Part shown: positions 9,535 to 21,898 of the stretch, piece by piece | Layout of the letters: each line of letters opens with the position of its first letter | Numbering within the stretch: the stretch's first letter is position 1 | Notes under the pieces: generated by a model | What the model was told of the DNA's origin: nothing | Database searches by the model: none | The model's input: the letters and a program-made list of their open reading frames with translations, nothing else | Program-made: the position numbers and the translations under genes | Assembly (NCBI GenBank): GCA_964608275.1 | Contig: CAZSNL010000002.1 | Coordinates: 15,088 to 79,087 of the forward strand | Direction of reading: 5' to 3' | Length of the DNA: 64,000 nucleotides | Source of the DNA: an uncultured Hyphomicrobiales bacterium | GTDB lineage: Bacteria; Pseudomonadota; Alphaproteobacteria; Rhizobiales; CAZSNL01

Positions 9535-10584
9535 ATGGATGAACGGCGGGGCGCGCGGCTGACGGCCCCGGACGCGAAGCACATGCTGGTGTTCGACGGC
9601 GGGTCACTGCCCGACGAGTACCGCGGCGGCGTCGTCGCCATCGGCAATTTCGCCGGCGTGCACCGGGGGCACCAGGCGGTGCTGGAGTGTGCCCGCGAGA
9701 TCGCCCGCGGCCGCGGCCGACCGGTCGGCGCGGTGACATTCGAGCCTCACCCGCGTACCTTCTTCAATCCCCGCAACCCGGTGTTCAGGCTGACCCCCTG
9801 CCCGCTCAAGGCTCGCCTGATCCAGGCCCTCGCCTTCGACTTCATGGCCGTGCTGCCGTTCGATGCGGAACTGGCCGGACTGTCGCCGCAGGCATTCGCG
9901 AGCAAGGTGCTGGCGGAGCGCCTCGGCGTCAGCCACGTGGTGACGGGTACCGATTTCCGCTTCGGCAAGGCACGCCAGGGCGACATCAAGGTGCTGGAGA
10001 GCGAAGGCGCCGGCCTCGGCTTCGCGGTGACGCCGTTGGGGCTGGCCGGTGCGGGAACGGACGCCATCCCGTTCTCATCCAGCGCCGTGCGCGAGGCACT
10101 GACCGAAGGCCGCCTTGACGATGCCGCGCATATTCTCGGCTATCGCTGGATGATCATGGGCGAGGTGATACCGGGAGAAAAGCGCGGGCGGGAGATCGGA
10201 TTTCCCACGCTCAACGTCGCGCTCGGCGAGGGCGTTACCCCGAGGCTCGGGATCTATGCGGTCAGGGTACGCATCGACGGCGGTGCCGGCAAGCCATGGC
10301 GCGGCGCCGGCTACATCGGGCACCGGCCGACCTTCGGCGGTTCCGGCATCTTCCTCGAGGTACACCTGTTCGACTTCCAAGGCGATCTGTACGGACAAAC
10401 GGTGCTGGTCGAGTTCATCTCCTTCGTTCGCGACGACCGTTCGTTCGACAGCGTGGACGCCCTCAAGGCGCAGATGGCAGAGGACTGCTCCGCCATTCGC
10501 TCCATCCTCGACGAGCACGACCGTTCCCCCGACCCGGTAACGGAATATCCACTCGGGCTTGCACAGGTGGAGAACCGCCTCTAG
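9535..10584 (+). CDS. ribF: bifunctional riboflavin kinase / FAD synthetase
   Basis: The N-terminal nucleotidyltransferase motif is VVAIGNFAGVHRGHQ. The C-terminal kinase region is GEKRGREIGFPTLNV ... YGQTVLVEFISFVRDDRSFDSVDALKAQM. The start could instead be the Met at codon 17. Confidence 0.9.
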   Translation: MDERRGARLTAPDAKHMLVFDGGSLPDEYRGGVVAIGNFAGVHRGHQAVLECAREIARGRGRPVGAVTFEPHPRTFFNPRNPVFRLTPCPLKARLIQALAFDFMAVLPFDAELAGLSPQAFASKVLAERLGVSHVVTGTDFRFGKARQGDIKVLESEGAGLGFAVTPLGLAGAGTDAIPFSSSAVREALTEGRLDDAAHILGYRWMIMGEVIPGEKRGREIGFPTLNVALGEGVTPRLGIYAVRVRIDGGAGKPWRGAGYIGHRPTFGGSGIFLEVHLFDFQGDLYGQTVLVEFISFVRDDRSFDSVDALKAQMAEDCSAIRSILDEHDRSPDPVTEYPLGLAQVENRL

Positions 10585-10650
10585 TACACGGTCATCGGCC
10601 GCCATCAGGCACCGTACCGGAGCCGACGCGCCACCAGCTGAAGCGATCGC

Positions 10651-13581
10651 ATGAACGACAAACCCGACACCAACACGACCGGTCGCGACTATCGCGAAAC
10701 GCTGTTCCTGCCACGCACCAACTTTCCTATGCGCGCGGGGCTGCCGCAGAAGGAGCCGGAGATCCTCGCCCGCTGGCACCGGCTCGACCTCTACCGACGG
10801 CTGCGCGAAGACGCGGCAGGACGCGAGAAGTTCATCCTCCACGACGGCCCGCCCTACGCGAACGGACACCTGCACATCGGCCACGCCCTCAACAAGATCC
10901 TGAAGGACGTCATCAACCGCTCGCAGCAGATGATGGGCAAGGACGCCAACTACGTTCCCGGCTGGGACTGCCACGGCCTGCCGATCGAATGGAAGGTCGA
11001 GGAACAGTACCGCGCCCAGGGCCTGGACAAGGACAAGGTGCCGATCATCGACTTCCGCCGCGAGTGCCGCGAGTTCGCCGAGCACTGGATCAGGGTCCAG
11101 CGGGAAGAATTCGAGCGGGTCGGCGTCGTCGGCGACTGGAACAACCCCTACCTCACGATGTCGTACGCGGCGGAAGCCCAGATCGCGCGCGAGATCATGA
11201 AGTTCGCCATGACCGGCCAGCTCTACCGCGGCTCCAAGCCGGTGATGTGGTCGGTGGTGGAGAGAACCGCCCTTGCCGAAGCCGAGATCGAGTATGCCGA
11301 CCACACGTCGACGACCATCTGGGTGAAATTTCCGATCGCGGAAGGCGGCGACGACCTCCCCGACAACGCCTCCGTCGTAATCTGGACGACGACGCCATGG
11401 ACGATCCCGGGCAACCGGGCCATCGCGTATTCGCCCGATATCGACTACGGCCTGTACGAGGTGGTCGATCCGGCGGATGCAAGGTGGGCCCGGGAAGGCG
11501 ACAGGCTGATCATCGCCCAGGCGCGCGCCAAGGACGTGTTCGACGCCGCACGGGTGCAGTCGTTCAAGTTTCTCCGACCCGTCGACGCAGCGACCCTTGG
11601 TACCATCGTCTGCCGCCATCCCCTGGCGGGCGGCGGATTCGACACATTCACCGTGCCGCTCATCGGCGCCGGCTTCGTCAGCGAGGACGAGGGAACCGGC
11701 TTCGTGCACACGGCGCCGGGGCACGGCTCGGACGACTACGATCTGTTCGACAGGAACCGCAAGGTCTTCGAGCGCCACGGAACGCCGGAGGTGCCGCATA
11801 CGGTGGGCGCCGACGGACGCTATTACGACGACGTGCCGATGTTCGCGGGCCGCTCGGTGCTGACCGAGGACGGCGAGACGGGCGATGCCAACGAGGCGGT
11901 CATCTCGGCACTGGTGGAGGCGGAGGCCCTCATCGCCCGCGGCAGGATCAGGCACCAATATCCGCACTCGTGGCGGTCGAAGAAGCCGGTCATCTTCCGC
12001 AACACCCCGCAGTGGTTCATCCACATGGACCGCGACATCGATGGCGAGGGCGACACCCTGCGCGCCCGCGCGCTCAAGGCGATCGACGAAACCCGTTTCG
12101 TGCCGCCGGCGGGGCGGAACAGGCTGCGCGGGATGATCGAGACGCGTCCCGACTGGGTCCTGTCGCGCCAGCGCGCCTGGGGCGTCCCCATCACCGTGTT
12201 CGTGCGAAAGGACAGTGGCGAAGTGTTGCGTGACGACGCGGTCAATGCGCGCATCGCGGAGGCATTCGAGGCGGAAGGGGCCGACGCCTGGTTCAAGGCC
12301 GGCGCCAAGGAGCGGTTCCTCGGCGACGGCTACGATCCGGCCGAGTGGGAACAGGTTACCGACATTCTCGATGTCTGGTTCGAATCCGGCTCCACCCATT
12401 CCTTCGTGCTGGAAAAGCGGCCGGATCTCAAATGGCCGGCATCGCTCTACCTGGAAGGGTCCGACCAGCACCGCGGCTGGTTCCACTCATCGCTGCTCGA
12501 ATCCTGCGGAACCCGCGGGCGGGCGCCGTACGATGCGGTGCTGACCCACGGCTTCGTCATGGACGAGCACGGCCGCAAGATGTCCAAGTCGCTCGGCAAC
12601 GTCGTGACGCCGCAGGAGGTCATGGAGCGCAACGGCGCCGATATCCTGCGGTTGTGGGTGGTGAGCTCCGACTATGCCGACGACCTCCGGATCGGCCCCG
12701 AGATCCTCAAGGCCAACGTCGAGAGCTACCGGCGGCTCAGGAACACCATGCGGTTCCTGCTGGCCAACCTCGACGGCTTCACGGACGAGGAACGGCTGGA
12801 CGACGTGGCGGCGATGCCGGAGCTTGAACGCTACGTCCTGCACCAGCTTGCCGAACTCAGCCGGATGGTGCCGCAAGCCTACAACGACTTCGACTTCAAG
12901 CGCATCTATACGCGGCTGTTCAACTTCGCGACGAACGATCTTTCGGCGTTCTACTTCGACATCCGCAAGGATTCGCTCTACTGCGATCCGCCGACCAGCA
13001 CCACCCGACGCGCGTGCCGGACGGTGCTGGACCATCTCCTTTCATGCCTTTCCGCCTGGCTTGCGCCGATGCTCGCCTTCACGATGGAGGAAGTGTGGCA
13101 GGAGCGTAATCCCAGCGAATCCGGATCGGTCCACCTGCGCCAGTTCCCCGACGTGCCGGCCGAATGGCACGACGAGGCGCTGGCAGCGAAGTGGTCGAAG
13201 GTGAGGACACTGCGGCGGGTGGTGACCGGTGCGCTCGAGATCGAGCGCAAGGAGAAGCGGATCGGCTCCAGCCTCGAGGCGGCACCCGTCGTCTACGTCA
13301 GCGACCGCACCTACATCGACGTGTTCAGCAACCTCGACCTTGCCGAAATCGCCATTACGAGCCAGGCACGCCTGGTCGAGGGTGAAGGCCCGGCGGATGC
13401 GTTCCGCCTCGAGGACGTGCCGGGGGTGGCGGTCGTGCCGGAACTGGCGAAGGGGCGGAAATGCGCGCGTTCGTGGAAGATCCTGCCTGAAGTCGGCACC
13501 GATCCCGACTATCCGGACCTCAGCCTGCGCGATGCCGAAGCGGTGCGCCAGTACGACGCCCGGATGCAAGCAGGTGGGTGA
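10651..13581 (+). CDS. ileS: isoleucine--tRNA ligase
   Basis: 976 aa with the class I HIGH motif ([13 protein letters not shown]) and the KMSKS motif ([10 protein letters not shown]). Overall similarity to IleS is clear. Confidence 0.97.
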   Translation: MNDKPDTNTTGRDYRETLFLPRTNFPMRAGLPQKEPEILARWHRLDLYRRLREDAAGREKFILHDGPPYANGHLHIGHALNKILKDVINRSQQMMGKDANYVPGWDCHGLPIEWKVEEQYRAQGLDKDKVPIIDFRRECREFAEHWIRVQREEFERVGVVGDWNNPYLTMSYAAEAQIAREIMKFAMTGQLYRGSKPVMWSVVERTALAEAEIEYADHTSTTIWVKFPIAEGGDDLPDNASVVIWTTTPWTIPGNRAIAYSPDIDYGLYEVVDPADARWAREGDRLIIAQARAKDVFDAARVQSFKFLRPVDAATLGTIVCRHPLAGGGFDTFTVPLIGAGFVSEDEGTGFVHTAPGHGSDDYDLFDRNRKVFERHGTPEVPHTVGADGRYYDDVPMFAGRSVLTEDGETGDANEAVISALVEAEALIARGRIRHQYPHSWRSKKPVIFRNTPQWFIHMDRDIDGEGDTLRARALKAIDETRFVPPAGRNRLRGMIETRPDWVLSRQRAWGVPITVFVRKDSGEVLRDDAVNARIAEAFEAEGADAWFKAGAKERFLGDGYDPAEWEQVTDILDVWFESGSTHSFVLEKRPDLKWPASLYLEGSDQHRGWFHSSLLESCGTRGRAPYDAVLTHGFVMDEHGRKMSKSLGNVVTPQEVMERNGADILRLWVVSSDYADDLRIGPEILKANVESYRRLRNTMRFLLANLDGFTDEERLDDVAAMPELERYVLHQLAELSRMVPQAYNDFDFKRIYTRLFNFATNDLSAFYFDIRKDSLYCDPPTSTTRRACRTVLDHLLSCLSAWLAPMLAFTMEEVWQERNPSESGSVHLRQFPDVPAEWHDEALAAKWSKVRTLRRVVTGALEIERKEKRIGSSLEAAPVVYVSDRTYIDVFSNLDLAEIAITSQARLVEGEGPADAFRLEDVPGVAVVPELAKGRKCARSWKILPEVGTDPDYPDLSLRDAEAVRQYDARMQAGG

Positions 13582-14107
13582 GGCGGGCGCCGGGACGCCA
13601 GGCCGGCATCGCGCCGGATCGCCCGCGGTCGCCGGCATCGCCATCGCAGCCCTCACGCTCGTCGTCGATCAAGGTCACAAGTGGTGGATGCTGGAGGTCT
13701 TCCGCATCGGCGATCGAGGGAGGACGGAAGTCCTGCCGTTCCTCGACCTGGTGCTCGTCTGGAACCGCGGCATCAGCTACGGTTGGCTGCAACAGGACTC
13801 TGATTTCGGGCGCTGGGCGCTCGTCATCGTCGGCTTCGGCGCCGCCGCCCTGTTCGCGTGGTGGCTGTCCGTCACCCGCAGCCGAACCGTGGCGACCGCG
13901 CTCGGGCTGATCATCGGCGGCGCGGTCGGCAATGCCATCGACCGCATCGTGTTCGGCGCGGTGGCGGACTTCTTCAGTTTCCACGCGTTCGGCTTCTACT
14001 GGTACGTGTTCAATCTCGCGGACGCGGCCATTGTTGCAGGGGTCGGCCTGCTCCTGTATGACTCGTTTCGCAGTGGCCGTGGCGGACCCCACAGCCAGTC
14101 GGCGTGA
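13574..14107 (+). CDS. lspA: signal peptidase II (lipoprotein signal peptidase)
   Basis: A GTG at 13574 overlaps the ileS stop by 8 nt. LspA motifs are present: [20 protein letters not shown] and DFFSFH...VFNLADAAI. Confidence 0.88.
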   Translation: MGEAGAGTPGRHRAGSPAVAGIAIAALTLVVDQGHKWWMLEVFRIGDRGRTEVLPFLDLVLVWNRGISYGWLQQDSDFGRWALVIVGFGAAALFAWWLSVTRSRTVATALGLIIGGAVGNAIDRIVFGAVADFFSFHAFGFYWYVFNLADAAIVAGVGLLLYDSFRSGRGGPHSQSA

Positions 14108-14197
14108 TGCGGCGGGCCTCTGTTTTGCCGCATTATGGTGCCACCTGAATGGCCTCAATGCCGAGGGGCGGCAGGAGCGGGGAATCTTCAAGTGCGT

Positions 14198-14722
14198 ATG
14201 ACGTTTGGCAGAGTAGCGATTGCCGGGATCACGCTGGTGTGCCTCTCAGGTTGCGGCAGCACGATCGAAGACGTCATGGGGACCTCGAAGCTGGCGCCGG
14301 ACGAGCGGCAGGTGCGGGTCCATCAGGTGCTGGCGCTGCCGCCGGACCACGATCTGCGTCCACCGATGGAGGGGCCGACCACCAATTCCGGAGACCTGAC
14401 CCTGGATGCGGGAACCGGAACGTTCGTCGACACAGGAGCCACCGAGACAACCGCGCCGGCCGCCCAGCCCACGACCACGGCACGGGCAGCGGTCGAGACC
14501 CCGGATGACGGTACGGGTCCGCGGTCCATCACGCCCGATACGCCCGCGGCGCAAGCCAGTTCAAGCGGCCATGTCATCTCCGACACCAACCCCGACGGCA
14601 CGCCAAAGACCTACCGGCAGAAGGTCGACGAGGCACAGCAGCGGCGGCGGGAACTGGAACGCCAGCGCAATCCCAACTACGGCACGATCTTCAACGTGGG
14701 CGATTTCATCTGGGGCGACTAG
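14198..14722 (+). CDS. lipoprotein (DUF3035-like), Thr/Pro-rich linker
   Basis: Starting at ATG 14198, the signal peptide with lipobox is MTFGRVAIAGITLVCLSG|C. A low-complexity T/P/A linker follows, then a conserved basic C-terminus. Position after lspA is common in Alphaproteobacteria (from memory). Confidence 0.7.
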   Translation: MTFGRVAIAGITLVCLSGCGSTIEDVMGTSKLAPDERQVRVHQVLALPPDHDLRPPMEGPTTNSGDLTLDAGTGTFVDTGATETTAPAAQPTTTARAAVETPDDGTGPRSITPDTPAAQASSSGHVISDTNPDGTPKTYRQKVDEAQQRRRELERQRNPNYGTIFNVGDFIWGD

Positions 14723-14866
14723 AGCCGACCCCGTCCTCGTTCCCGCATCTTCCGGCTTCCTGCCGCGTTACCGAACTTTAATCCGCCGGTTGCGGCCGGT
14801 CGCCTATGATCGCCCCTCGCGTTTCGGCCTCTTTTGCCCCGGGCCGGTCGGAACGGATGACATGAA

Positions 14867-16258
14867 TTGCAGGAGTTGACCGTCTTGAGATCGCGATCCG
14901 TTCGCGCTGCGCTCGCTGCGGTGGCGGGCCTCTTCACGCTGGTGCTCGGTGCGGGTTCGGTGCTCGCTCTGGGCGAGGGGACGACCACCTTCACCCTCGA
15001 CAACGGAATGCAGGTCGTGGTCATCCCGGACCATCGTGCTCCGGTGGTGACGCACATGGTCTGGTATCGGGTCGGCGCCGCGGACGAGCCGCGCGGCCAG
15101 TCGGGCGTCGCCCACTTCCTGGAACACCTGATGTTCAAGGGTACCGAGAAGATCGCGCCTGGCGAATTCTCACGGATCGTCGCCCGCCACGGCGGCCAGG
15201 ACAACGCCTTCACCTCGCAGGACTACACCGGCTACTTCCAGCGCATCGCCAAGGACCGGCTGCCACTGGTGATGGAGATGGAGGCTGACAGGATGTCCAA
15301 CCTCCAGCTCAGCGACGAGCACGTGCTGCCGGAACGCGACGTGGTGATCGAGGAACGCCGATCGCGGGTGGACAACGAGCCTGCCAGCCGCTTCGGCGAG
15401 CAACTCGATGCCACGTTCTATCTCTCGCATCCGTACGGCCAGCCGGTGATCGGCTGGATGCACGAGATCGAGGCGCTGGACCGGGAGAAGGCGATCGCCT
15501 TCTACGAGCGCTACTACACGCCGAACAACGCCATCCTCATCGTTGCCGGCGACGTTACGGAGCAGGAGATCCGACCACTTGCCGAGCGAATCTATGGCCA
15601 GATCCCCGTGCGCGCCGAGGTCGCCCCGCGGCAACGCCCCAAGGAACCGCCCCACGAGGCCGCACAGCGGCTGACGCTGAAGGATCCCCGCGTCACCACA
15701 CCGCTGCTGCGCCGCCAGTACATCGTTCCGAGCTACAGCACGGCCGAACCCGGCGAGGCGGAGGCGCTCGATCTGCTGGGCCACATCCTCGGCGGCGGGA
15801 CGACCAGCCGGCTGTACCGGGAACTGGTGGTCGAGGACCAGATCGCAAGCTACGCCGCGGCATGGTACGCGGGGGACTATCTCGACAGCGGCACCTTCAA
15901 CTTCTATGCCGGCGCCCTCGAGGACAGCACGCTCGAGGATGTCGAGGCACGCATGGACGCCGTGATCGCGGACGTTCTGCAAAACGGGGTGACGGAGGAA
16001 GAGGTCGAGCTGGCCAAGAACTCGCTCATCGCCGATACCATCTACGCGGTCGACAGCCAGGCGAGGCTCGCGCGCATCTTCGGCGTGGCGCTGACCAGCG
16101 GCCAGACGGTCGAGGACGTGCAAACGTGGCCCGACCGCATGGAGCGGGTGACGAAGGACCAGATCGAGGACGTCGCCCGGCGCTACCTCGACATCAGATA
16201 CTCGATCACCGGCCACCTCGTCGGTGACGAGGCGGAGAAGAGCGGAAACGATCAATGA
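14867..16258 (+). CDS. M16-family zinc peptidase (active subunit, HxxEH)
   Basis: It has a signal-like N-terminus, the inverted zinc motif HFLEHLMFKGT, and the downstream Glu region typical of pitrilysin-type peptidases. The start is TTG. Confidence 0.88.
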   Translation: MQELTVLRSRSVRAALAAVAGLFTLVLGAGSVLALGEGTTTFTLDNGMQVVVIPDHRAPVVTHMVWYRVGAADEPRGQSGVAHFLEHLMFKGTEKIAPGEFSRIVARHGGQDNAFTSQDYTGYFQRIAKDRLPLVMEMEADRMSNLQLSDEHVLPERDVVIEERRSRVDNEPASRFGEQLDATFYLSHPYGQPVIGWMHEIEALDREKAIAFYERYYTPNNAILIVAGDVTEQEIRPLAERIYGQIPVRAEVAPRQRPKEPPHEAAQRLTLKDPRVTTPLLRRQYIVPSYSTAEPGEAEALDLLGHILGGGTTSRLYRELVVEDQIASYAAAWYAGDYLDSGTFNFYAGALEDSTLEDVEARMDAVIADVLQNGVTEEEVELAKNSLIADTIYAVDSQARLARIFGVALTSGQTVEDVQTWPDRMERVTKDQIEDVARRYLDIRYSITGHLVGDEAEKSGNDQ

Positions 16259-17628
16259 CCTCGCGCATCCACATTACTGCTTCTCCGCGGGCGGCTCTCC
16301 GGAGCCTGACCGTCTTCGCCCTCGCCCTGCTGCTCGTCATCGGCGGCAGCTCTGCGTCGAGGGCATTCGAGATCCAGCGCGTGACAAGCCCCGGCGGGGT
16401 CGAGGCATGGCTGGTCGAGGAACACTCCATTCCGCTGGTCGCCGTCGAGTTCGCCTTCCAGGGCGGTGCCGCCCACGATCCGGCAGACCGGCAGGGACTG
16501 GCCAACGTGCTGTCGGGGATGCTCGACGAAGGCGCGGGCGACATGGACTCGCGAGCCTTCCAGACGGCATTGCAGCGGCTTTCGGTCAAGCTGTCGTTCA
16601 ACGCCCGGCGCGATGCCTTCCACGGCAACCTGCAGACGTTGTCGAAGAACCTGGACGAGGCATTCACGCTGCTGCGGCTGGCGGTCAACGAACCGCGCTT
16701 CGACGATGAACCGCTGGCCCGGATCAAGCGCCAGATCACCGTAGCCCTGCGCCGGAACATGCAGGACCCCGAACAGGTGACCAGTCGTGCGTGGATGTCG
16801 CTGGCGTTCGGCGATCACCCGTACGCTCTCGATCCCGACGGCACCGTGGAGGGAGTCACAGCGGTCACGGTCGACGACCTGAGAGCGCTGCACGGGCGCC
16901 TGTTCGCGCGGGACAACCTGAAGATCGCCGTCGTCGGCGACATCGATGCTGCGACGCTGGCGGCGAAGCTCGACGAGACCTTCGGTGCGCTGCCGCAAGC
17001 CTCGACGCTCGGCGAGATTCCCGAAGCCGAGGTGCAGGCGGGGCCCGTCCGCCGGGTCATCCCGATGGACATCCCGCAGGCCCAGATCCAGTTCGGTCAC
17101 GTGGGCTTCAAGCGTCACCATCCGGACTTCATTGCCGCCTACATCATGAACCATATCCTCGGCGGCGGCGGCTTCTCCTCGCGGCTGACCGAGGAGGTGC
17201 GCGAGAAGCGGGGCCTCAGCTACTCCGTTTACAGCTATCTCGCACCGCTCGACCATGCGGGACTCTTCATCGGCGGCGCGGCAACCCAGAACCGGCGGGC
17301 GGCCGAAGCGCTCGAGGTCATCCAGGCTGAGATCGAGCGCATGGCACGCGAGGGCCCGACCGCAGAGGAACTCGAAGCGGCCAAGACCTATCTCACCGGT
17401 TCGTACGCGCTGCGGTTCGATACCTCCACCAAGATCGCGGCACAGCTGCTCGGAATTCAGCTCGACGACCTCGGCATCGACTACGTCGAAAAGCGCAACG
17501 AGATGATCGAGGCGGTGACCCTGGACGATGTCAGGCGGGTGGCGGCGGAACTGCTGAAACCCGACCTGCTTCTGGTAACGGTGGTCGGTCAACCTGCCGG
17601 CATTGAGGACAGTTCGGCGATACGTTAG
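16255..17628 (+). CDS. M16-family peptidase-like protein (non-catalytic partner, no HxxEH)
   Basis: The start overlaps the upstream stop by 4 nt. The M16 fold signature is present (LANVLSGMLDEGAG in place of HxxEH). It pairs with the preceding gene. Confidence 0.85.
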   Translation: MTSRIHITASPRAALRSLTVFALALLLVIGGSSASRAFEIQRVTSPGGVEAWLVEEHSIPLVAVEFAFQGGAAHDPADRQGLANVLSGMLDEGAGDMDSRAFQTALQRLSVKLSFNARRDAFHGNLQTLSKNLDEAFTLLRLAVNEPRFDDEPLARIKRQITVALRRNMQDPEQVTSRAWMSLAFGDHPYALDPDGTVEGVTAVTVDDLRALHGRLFARDNLKIAVVGDIDAATLAAKLDETFGALPQASTLGEIPEAEVQAGPVRRVIPMDIPQAQIQFGHVGFKRHHPDFIAAYIMNHILGGGGFSSRLTEEVREKRGLSYSVYSYLAPLDHAGLFIGGAATQNRRAAEALEVIQAEIERMAREGPTAEELEAAKTYLTGSYALRFDTSTKIAAQLLGIQLDDLGIDYVEKRNEMIEAVTLDDVRRVAAELLKPDLLLVTVVGQPAGIEDSSAIR

Positions 17629-17683
17629 CATTGGCCTGTGTCGCCGACTGCCCGATCGGGTTGGCCGAGGGGGGACCGATCGC

Positions 17684-19015
17684 ATGCCGTACCACCACGA
17701 CATATCGGGCTGCTTCACGGATCGGTCCGGCGACGGCGGGCTTGACCTGGAGACATTCTCCGACGCCCTGGCGGCGACGGAACCGGCTCTCGCCAGGCTC
17801 CGCGAATGGCATGGCGAGGGCACGCTGCCGCTCCTGCACCTGCCGGCGAAGCGTGACGACATCGATGCCTGCCGGGCGGCGGCCGACCAGCTCCAGCGCG
17901 GGGCCACCGACGTGCTCGTATTCGGCACCGGCGGCTCGAGCCTCGGCGCCCAGGCGCTCGCGCAGATCACCGGCTGGCACACCCCCGGTCCCGATCCGCA
18001 GGCCGGGACGGCAGGAGAGCCGCGGCCGAGGGTACACTTCTTCGAGAACCTCGACCCCCTCACCATGGACCGGGTGTTCGAGACCCTCGACCTCAAGACG
18101 ACCCGCTTCCTCGTCGTATCCAAGTCAGGCAACACACCGGAAACGGTCATCCAGATGCTGGCGGCCCTCGACCGGCTGAAGCAGGCGGGACTGGAGTGGA
18201 ATGCCGGGCAGCACTTCGTCTGCCTGTCCGAGCCGGGCCCGACGGAACGCAACGCGGTCCGCCACATCGCCAGCCAGCACGGGCTCCCCGTCCTCGACCA
18301 CCATCCCGCGTTAGGCGGACGCTACTCGGTCCTGTCGAACGTCGGCATACTGCCGGCGATGCTGTTCGGTCTCGATCCGGTCGCACTGCGAGAGGGGGCG
18401 GCAGCCGTGCTCGAACCGATCCTCGCCGGGGTTCCGGCGCGCGAGGTGGCACCGGCAGCGGGTGCGGCGGTGAACATTGGCCTGATGCGTGCACGCGGCC
18501 ACTCCGCCACCGTATTCATGCCCTACACGGACCGGCTCAGGACGCTCGCCGGCTGGTACGTCCAGCTGTGGGCGGAGAGCCTCGGCAAGGCGGGGCACGG
18601 CACGACCCCGGTGCCGGCGATCGGGCCGGCCGACCAGCACAGCCAGCTGCAGCTGTTCCTTGACGGCCCGCGCGACAAGCTGGTCACCGTCATCACCCTC
18701 GGCGTGGCAGGCAGCGGCCCGCGCGTCGACGCCGGCTATCTGTCCGACCCCGTCGTCGGCTATCTCGCCGGCAAGTCGATCGGCGACCTCGTCGACTGCC
18801 AGCAGCGGGCGACGGCAGAAACGCTGATTCGCAACGCCCGCCCCACTCGGGTGATCAACGTGCCCGAACTCGACGAACGCGCGATGGGTGCACTCTTCAT
18901 GCATTTCATGCTGGAGACCATCGTGACCGGGCTCGCGCTCGGCATCGACCCGTTCGACCAGCCGGCGGTCGAGGAGAGCAAGGTCCTGGCGCGCGAGTAC
19001 CTGGGCCAGATGTGA
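17684..19015 (+). CDS. pgi: glucose-6-phosphate isomerase (short, about 440-aa type)
   Basis: Starting at ATG 17684, SIS-domain motifs are present: [39 protein letters not shown] and [12 protein letters not shown]. Confidence 0.8.
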   Translation: MPYHHDISGCFTDRSGDGGLDLETFSDALAATEPALARLREWHGEGTLPLLHLPAKRDDIDACRAAADQLQRGATDVLVFGTGGSSLGAQALAQITGWHTPGPDPQAGTAGEPRPRVHFFENLDPLTMDRVFETLDLKTTRFLVVSKSGNTPETVIQMLAALDRLKQAGLEWNAGQHFVCLSEPGPTERNAVRHIASQHGLPVLDHHPALGGRYSVLSNVGILPAMLFGLDPVALREGAAAVLEPILAGVPAREVAPAAGAAVNIGLMRARGHSATVFMPYTDRLRTLAGWYVQLWAESLGKAGHGTTPVPAIGPADQHSQLQLFLDGPRDKLVTVITLGVAGSGPRVDAGYLSDPVVGYLAGKSIGDLVDCQQRATAETLIRNARPTRVINVPELDERAMGALFMHFMLETIVTGLALGIDPFDQPAVEESKVLAREYLGQM

Positions 19016-19037
19016 CGCACGCCGGGACCGACCAGCG

Positions 19038-20837
19038 ATGAGGATACGCCGGCTTCCGGAAGCCACCGTCAACCGCATCGCCGCAGGCGAAGTCATCGAG
19101 CGCCCGGCGAGCGCGGTGAAGGAACTCGTCGAGAACGCGATCGATGCCGGGGCACGCCGCATCGAGACGACGATGACCGACGGCGGCCGCGGGCTGATCC
19201 GGGTGACGGACGACGGCTGCGGAATGGATCGCGACGAGATCGCGCTTGCAATCGAGCGTCATGCCACCTCCAAGCTGGCAACCGACAGGCTCGACGATAT
19301 CCGCACGCTCGGTTTCCGTGGTGAAGCGCTGCCCTCCATCGCCGCCGTCAGCCGGTTTGCGCTGGCGTCGCGCCAGCCGGGCGCCGATACCGCCCATGAG
19401 ATCCGCATCGAAGCGGGCCGCGCGGGGCCGATCCGACCGGTCGCCCTTGTGACCGGGACGCGTGTCGAGGTCCGCGACCTGTTCTTTGCCACGCCCGCCC
19501 GCCTCAAGTTCCTGAAGTCGGAACGGGCCGAAAGCGCAGCCGCGGTGGAAGCCGTTCGCCGGCTTGCCCTCGCTCACCCGGAGATCACGTTCGTCGTTGC
19601 CACTGGCGATCGCACGCCGTTGACCTACCCTGCAGCCGCAACAGGCAACGATCTGCGCGAACGCGTGCGCCAGGTCCTCGGTCGCGAGTTCGCGGAGAAT
19701 GCCGTCGAGGTCACGGCCGAACGCGAGGGGGTGAGGCTTGCCGGCTTCGCGGGCCTGCCCACCCTCAATCGTGCCAACAGCCGGCTGCAGTACATGTTCG
19801 TCAACGGCCGGCCGGTACAGGACCGGCTGCTCTCCGGCGCCGTGCGCGGCGCATATGCGGACGTGCTCGCGCGCGACCGCCACCCGCTGCTGGTGCTGTT
19901 CATCGACGTCGATCCGCATGAGGTCGACGTGAACGTCCATCCGGCCAAGGCGGAGGTACGCTTCCGGGATCCGGGGCTCGTGCGGGGGCTGGTTGTCGGC
20001 GCGCTGAAGCAGGCGCTCGCCGGGGCCGGGCACAGGGCGTCGAGTACCATCGGACAGGCGACGATGTCCGCGTTCAGGCCCACCGCGGCAACGGCGGCGA
20101 TCTTCTCCCCACCGTCGAGGCATGGCGGATTCAACGAGGCGGCCGCCATGTATCACGCGCCGTTGCAACCGGTGTCCGACCAGCCCCTGCCCGGCTTCGC
20201 CGAACCCAGCGCCGAGGGAACACCGCATGCCGGGATCCCCGACGACGATGCCGCATCGCATCCGCTCGGGGCAGCGCGGGCTCAGGTACACGAGAACTAC
20301 ATCATCGCCCAGACCGACGACGGCATCGTGATCGTCGACCAGCATGCCGCCCATGAACGGCTGGTCTACGAACGGCTGAAGCGGATGCACGGTGCCGCCG
20401 GAATTCCGCGCCAGGCACTGCTGGTGCCGGAAGTGGTCGAACTGGACGATCACGAAGCCGAGACGATCGCCGCGCACGCCGACCGGCTTGCCGAACTCGG
20501 CCTCGCGATCGAAAGCTTCGGCCCCGGTGCGGTGCTGGTACGCGAGACGCCGGCGATCCTCGGCACGACGGACGTCCACGGCCTCGTCCGCGACCTGGCG
20601 GCCGAACTGACCGACCTGGACGGCGCCGAGGGGCTTGCCGACCGGCTCGACGGGGTGCTTGCCAAGATGGCGTGTTACGGCTCGGTGCGCGCGGGGCGGC
20701 GGCTCAAGCCCGAGGAAATGAATGCACTCCTGCGCGAGATGGAGGCGACACCGCTTTCCGGCCAGTGCAATCACGGACGGCCGACGTGGATCGAGCTAAA
20801 GCTCAAGGACATCGAGCGCCTGTTCGGCCGGCGATGA
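19038..20837 (+). CDS. mutL: DNA mismatch repair protein MutL
   Basis: The GHKL ATPase N-terminus is [36 protein letters not shown]. The C-terminal endonuclease region includes [12 protein letters not shown] and CNHGRPTW. Confidence 0.95.
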   Translation: MRIRRLPEATVNRIAAGEVIERPASAVKELVENAIDAGARRIETTMTDGGRGLIRVTDDGCGMDRDEIALAIERHATSKLATDRLDDIRTLGFRGEALPSIAAVSRFALASRQPGADTAHEIRIEAGRAGPIRPVALVTGTRVEVRDLFFATPARLKFLKSERAESAAAVEAVRRLALAHPEITFVVATGDRTPLTYPAAATGNDLRERVRQVLGREFAENAVEVTAEREGVRLAGFAGLPTLNRANSRLQYMFVNGRPVQDRLLSGAVRGAYADVLARDRHPLLVLFIDVDPHEVDVNVHPAKAEVRFRDPGLVRGLVVGALKQALAGAGHRASSTIGQATMSAFRPTAATAAIFSPPSRHGGFNEAAAMYHAPLQPVSDQPLPGFAEPSAEGTPHAGIPDDDAASHPLGAARAQVHENYIIAQTDDGIVIVDQHAAHERLVYERLKRMHGAAGIPRQALLVPEVVELDDHEAETIAAHADRLAELGLAIESFGPGAVLVRETPAILGTTDVHGLVRDLAAELTDLDGAEGLADRLDGVLAKMACYGSVRAGRRLKPEEMNALLREMEATPLSGQCNHGRPTWIELKLKDIERLFGRR

Positions 20838-21898
20838 GTTCGCGCGAGGCCGCGGTGCACGAGACCCGATCACTGTCCGAAGACCAGTTGCGCATGCGAT
20901 TGACCGACTTCGCTCGCGCGCAAGGGTGCGACGACGTGGCCCTGGGTCCGCTCACCCGCTTCACCTCCGGATTTTCCTGGCTCACATACGGGCTGCAGGC
21001 GCGGTGGCGCGATGCGTCGGGCAACCATGACCGCGACCTCATCCTGCGGCTAGGCGCGCCGTCCGGCATGCTCGCGCCGTACAGCGCCGAACCCGAGTTC
21101 CGCGCGCTGTCCAGCCTCGCCCGATCCGGTGTTCCGGTGCCGGATGCCGTGTGGTGGAGCGACGACAGCGAGGCTCTCGGCGCACCGTTTCTCGTCTGCG
21201 GCAGGATGACAGGCGAGGCGCCCCTGCCATGGACGGTCGATGGCAGCCCCGTCTTCGACGAAACCCGCCGTCTCGCGCTCGCTGAGCAGTTCGTTGCCGC
21301 GCTGGCGCGGGTGCACAACGTGGACTGGCGCGGGACCGAGGCGGAGGGACTGCCGGGTGCGAGGTTCACGGGCGAGGCGGCCTCCGCCCAGATCGCGGCC
21401 TGGGAGGAGCGGCTGCGGCGCTGGTCGCAGCGCCGCTTCCCGATGCTTGCGTGGGCGCTTCGCTGGCTCAAGGAACACGCGCCCGAGGCGCCGCGGCTCA
21501 GCATCGTCCACGGAGACTACCGGATCGGCAATTTCCTGGTCGAGGGCGACCGCATAACGGCGATCCTCGACTGGGAACTCGTCCACCTCGGCGATCCGCA
21601 CGAAGACCTGGGATGGATGTGCCTCCATGCATTTCGCGGCCGTTCGCCGTACATGTGCCATCTCCTGACGAGGCAGGAGCTTTGCGCGGCCTACGAACGA
21701 CACGGCGGGCATCCGGTCTGCCGGCACGCGCTGCACTACTACGAAGCCTTCGGCTGCTTCAAGCTTGCCGCCATCCACCTGGCAGCCGCGAATTGCATCG
21801 AGGAGCGCCGCTCGCGCGACCTCAGGATGGTGGCGATGGGCGCCCAGCTTCCCCGCCTGCTGCTCCAGCTCAAGAGCGTGATCGAGGCCGCACCATGA
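20834..21898 (+). CDS. phosphotransferase-family protein (APH/choline-kinase fold)
   Basis: ATG 20834 overlaps the mutL stop (ATGA). The Brenner/catalytic loop is [13 protein letters not shown], followed by [16 protein letters not shown]. Confidence 0.75.
   Translation: MSSREAAVHETRSLSEDQLRMRLTDFARAQGCDDVALGPLTRFTSGFSWLTYGLQARWRDASGNHDRDLILRLGAPSGMLAPYSAEPEFRALSSLARSGVPVPDAVWWSDDSEALGAPFLVCGRMTGEAPLPWTVDGSPVFDETRRLALAEQFVAALARVHNVDWRGTEAEGLPGARFTGEAASAQIAAWEERLRRWSQRRFPMLAWALRWLKEHAPEAPRLSIVHGDYRIGNFLVEGDRITAILDWELVHLGDPHEDLGWMCLHAFRGRSPYMCHLLTRQELCAAYERHGGHPVCRHALHYYEAFGCFKLAAIHLAAANCIEERRSRDLRMVAMGAQLPRLLLQLKSVIEAAP

Noticed and set aside
10075-12486. An 803-aa ORF antisense to ileS, and a 645-aa +2-frame ORF.
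   Set aside because: They overlap an unambiguous IleS gene (HIGH/KMSKS motifs). They have no motifs and a shadow-frame composition.
16252-20774. Large minus-strand ORFs (16252-18267, 18906-20774) cover the M16, pgi and mutL genes.
   Set aside because: These are shadow ORFs of well-supported plus-strand genes, an artefact of stop-codon scarcity at high GC.
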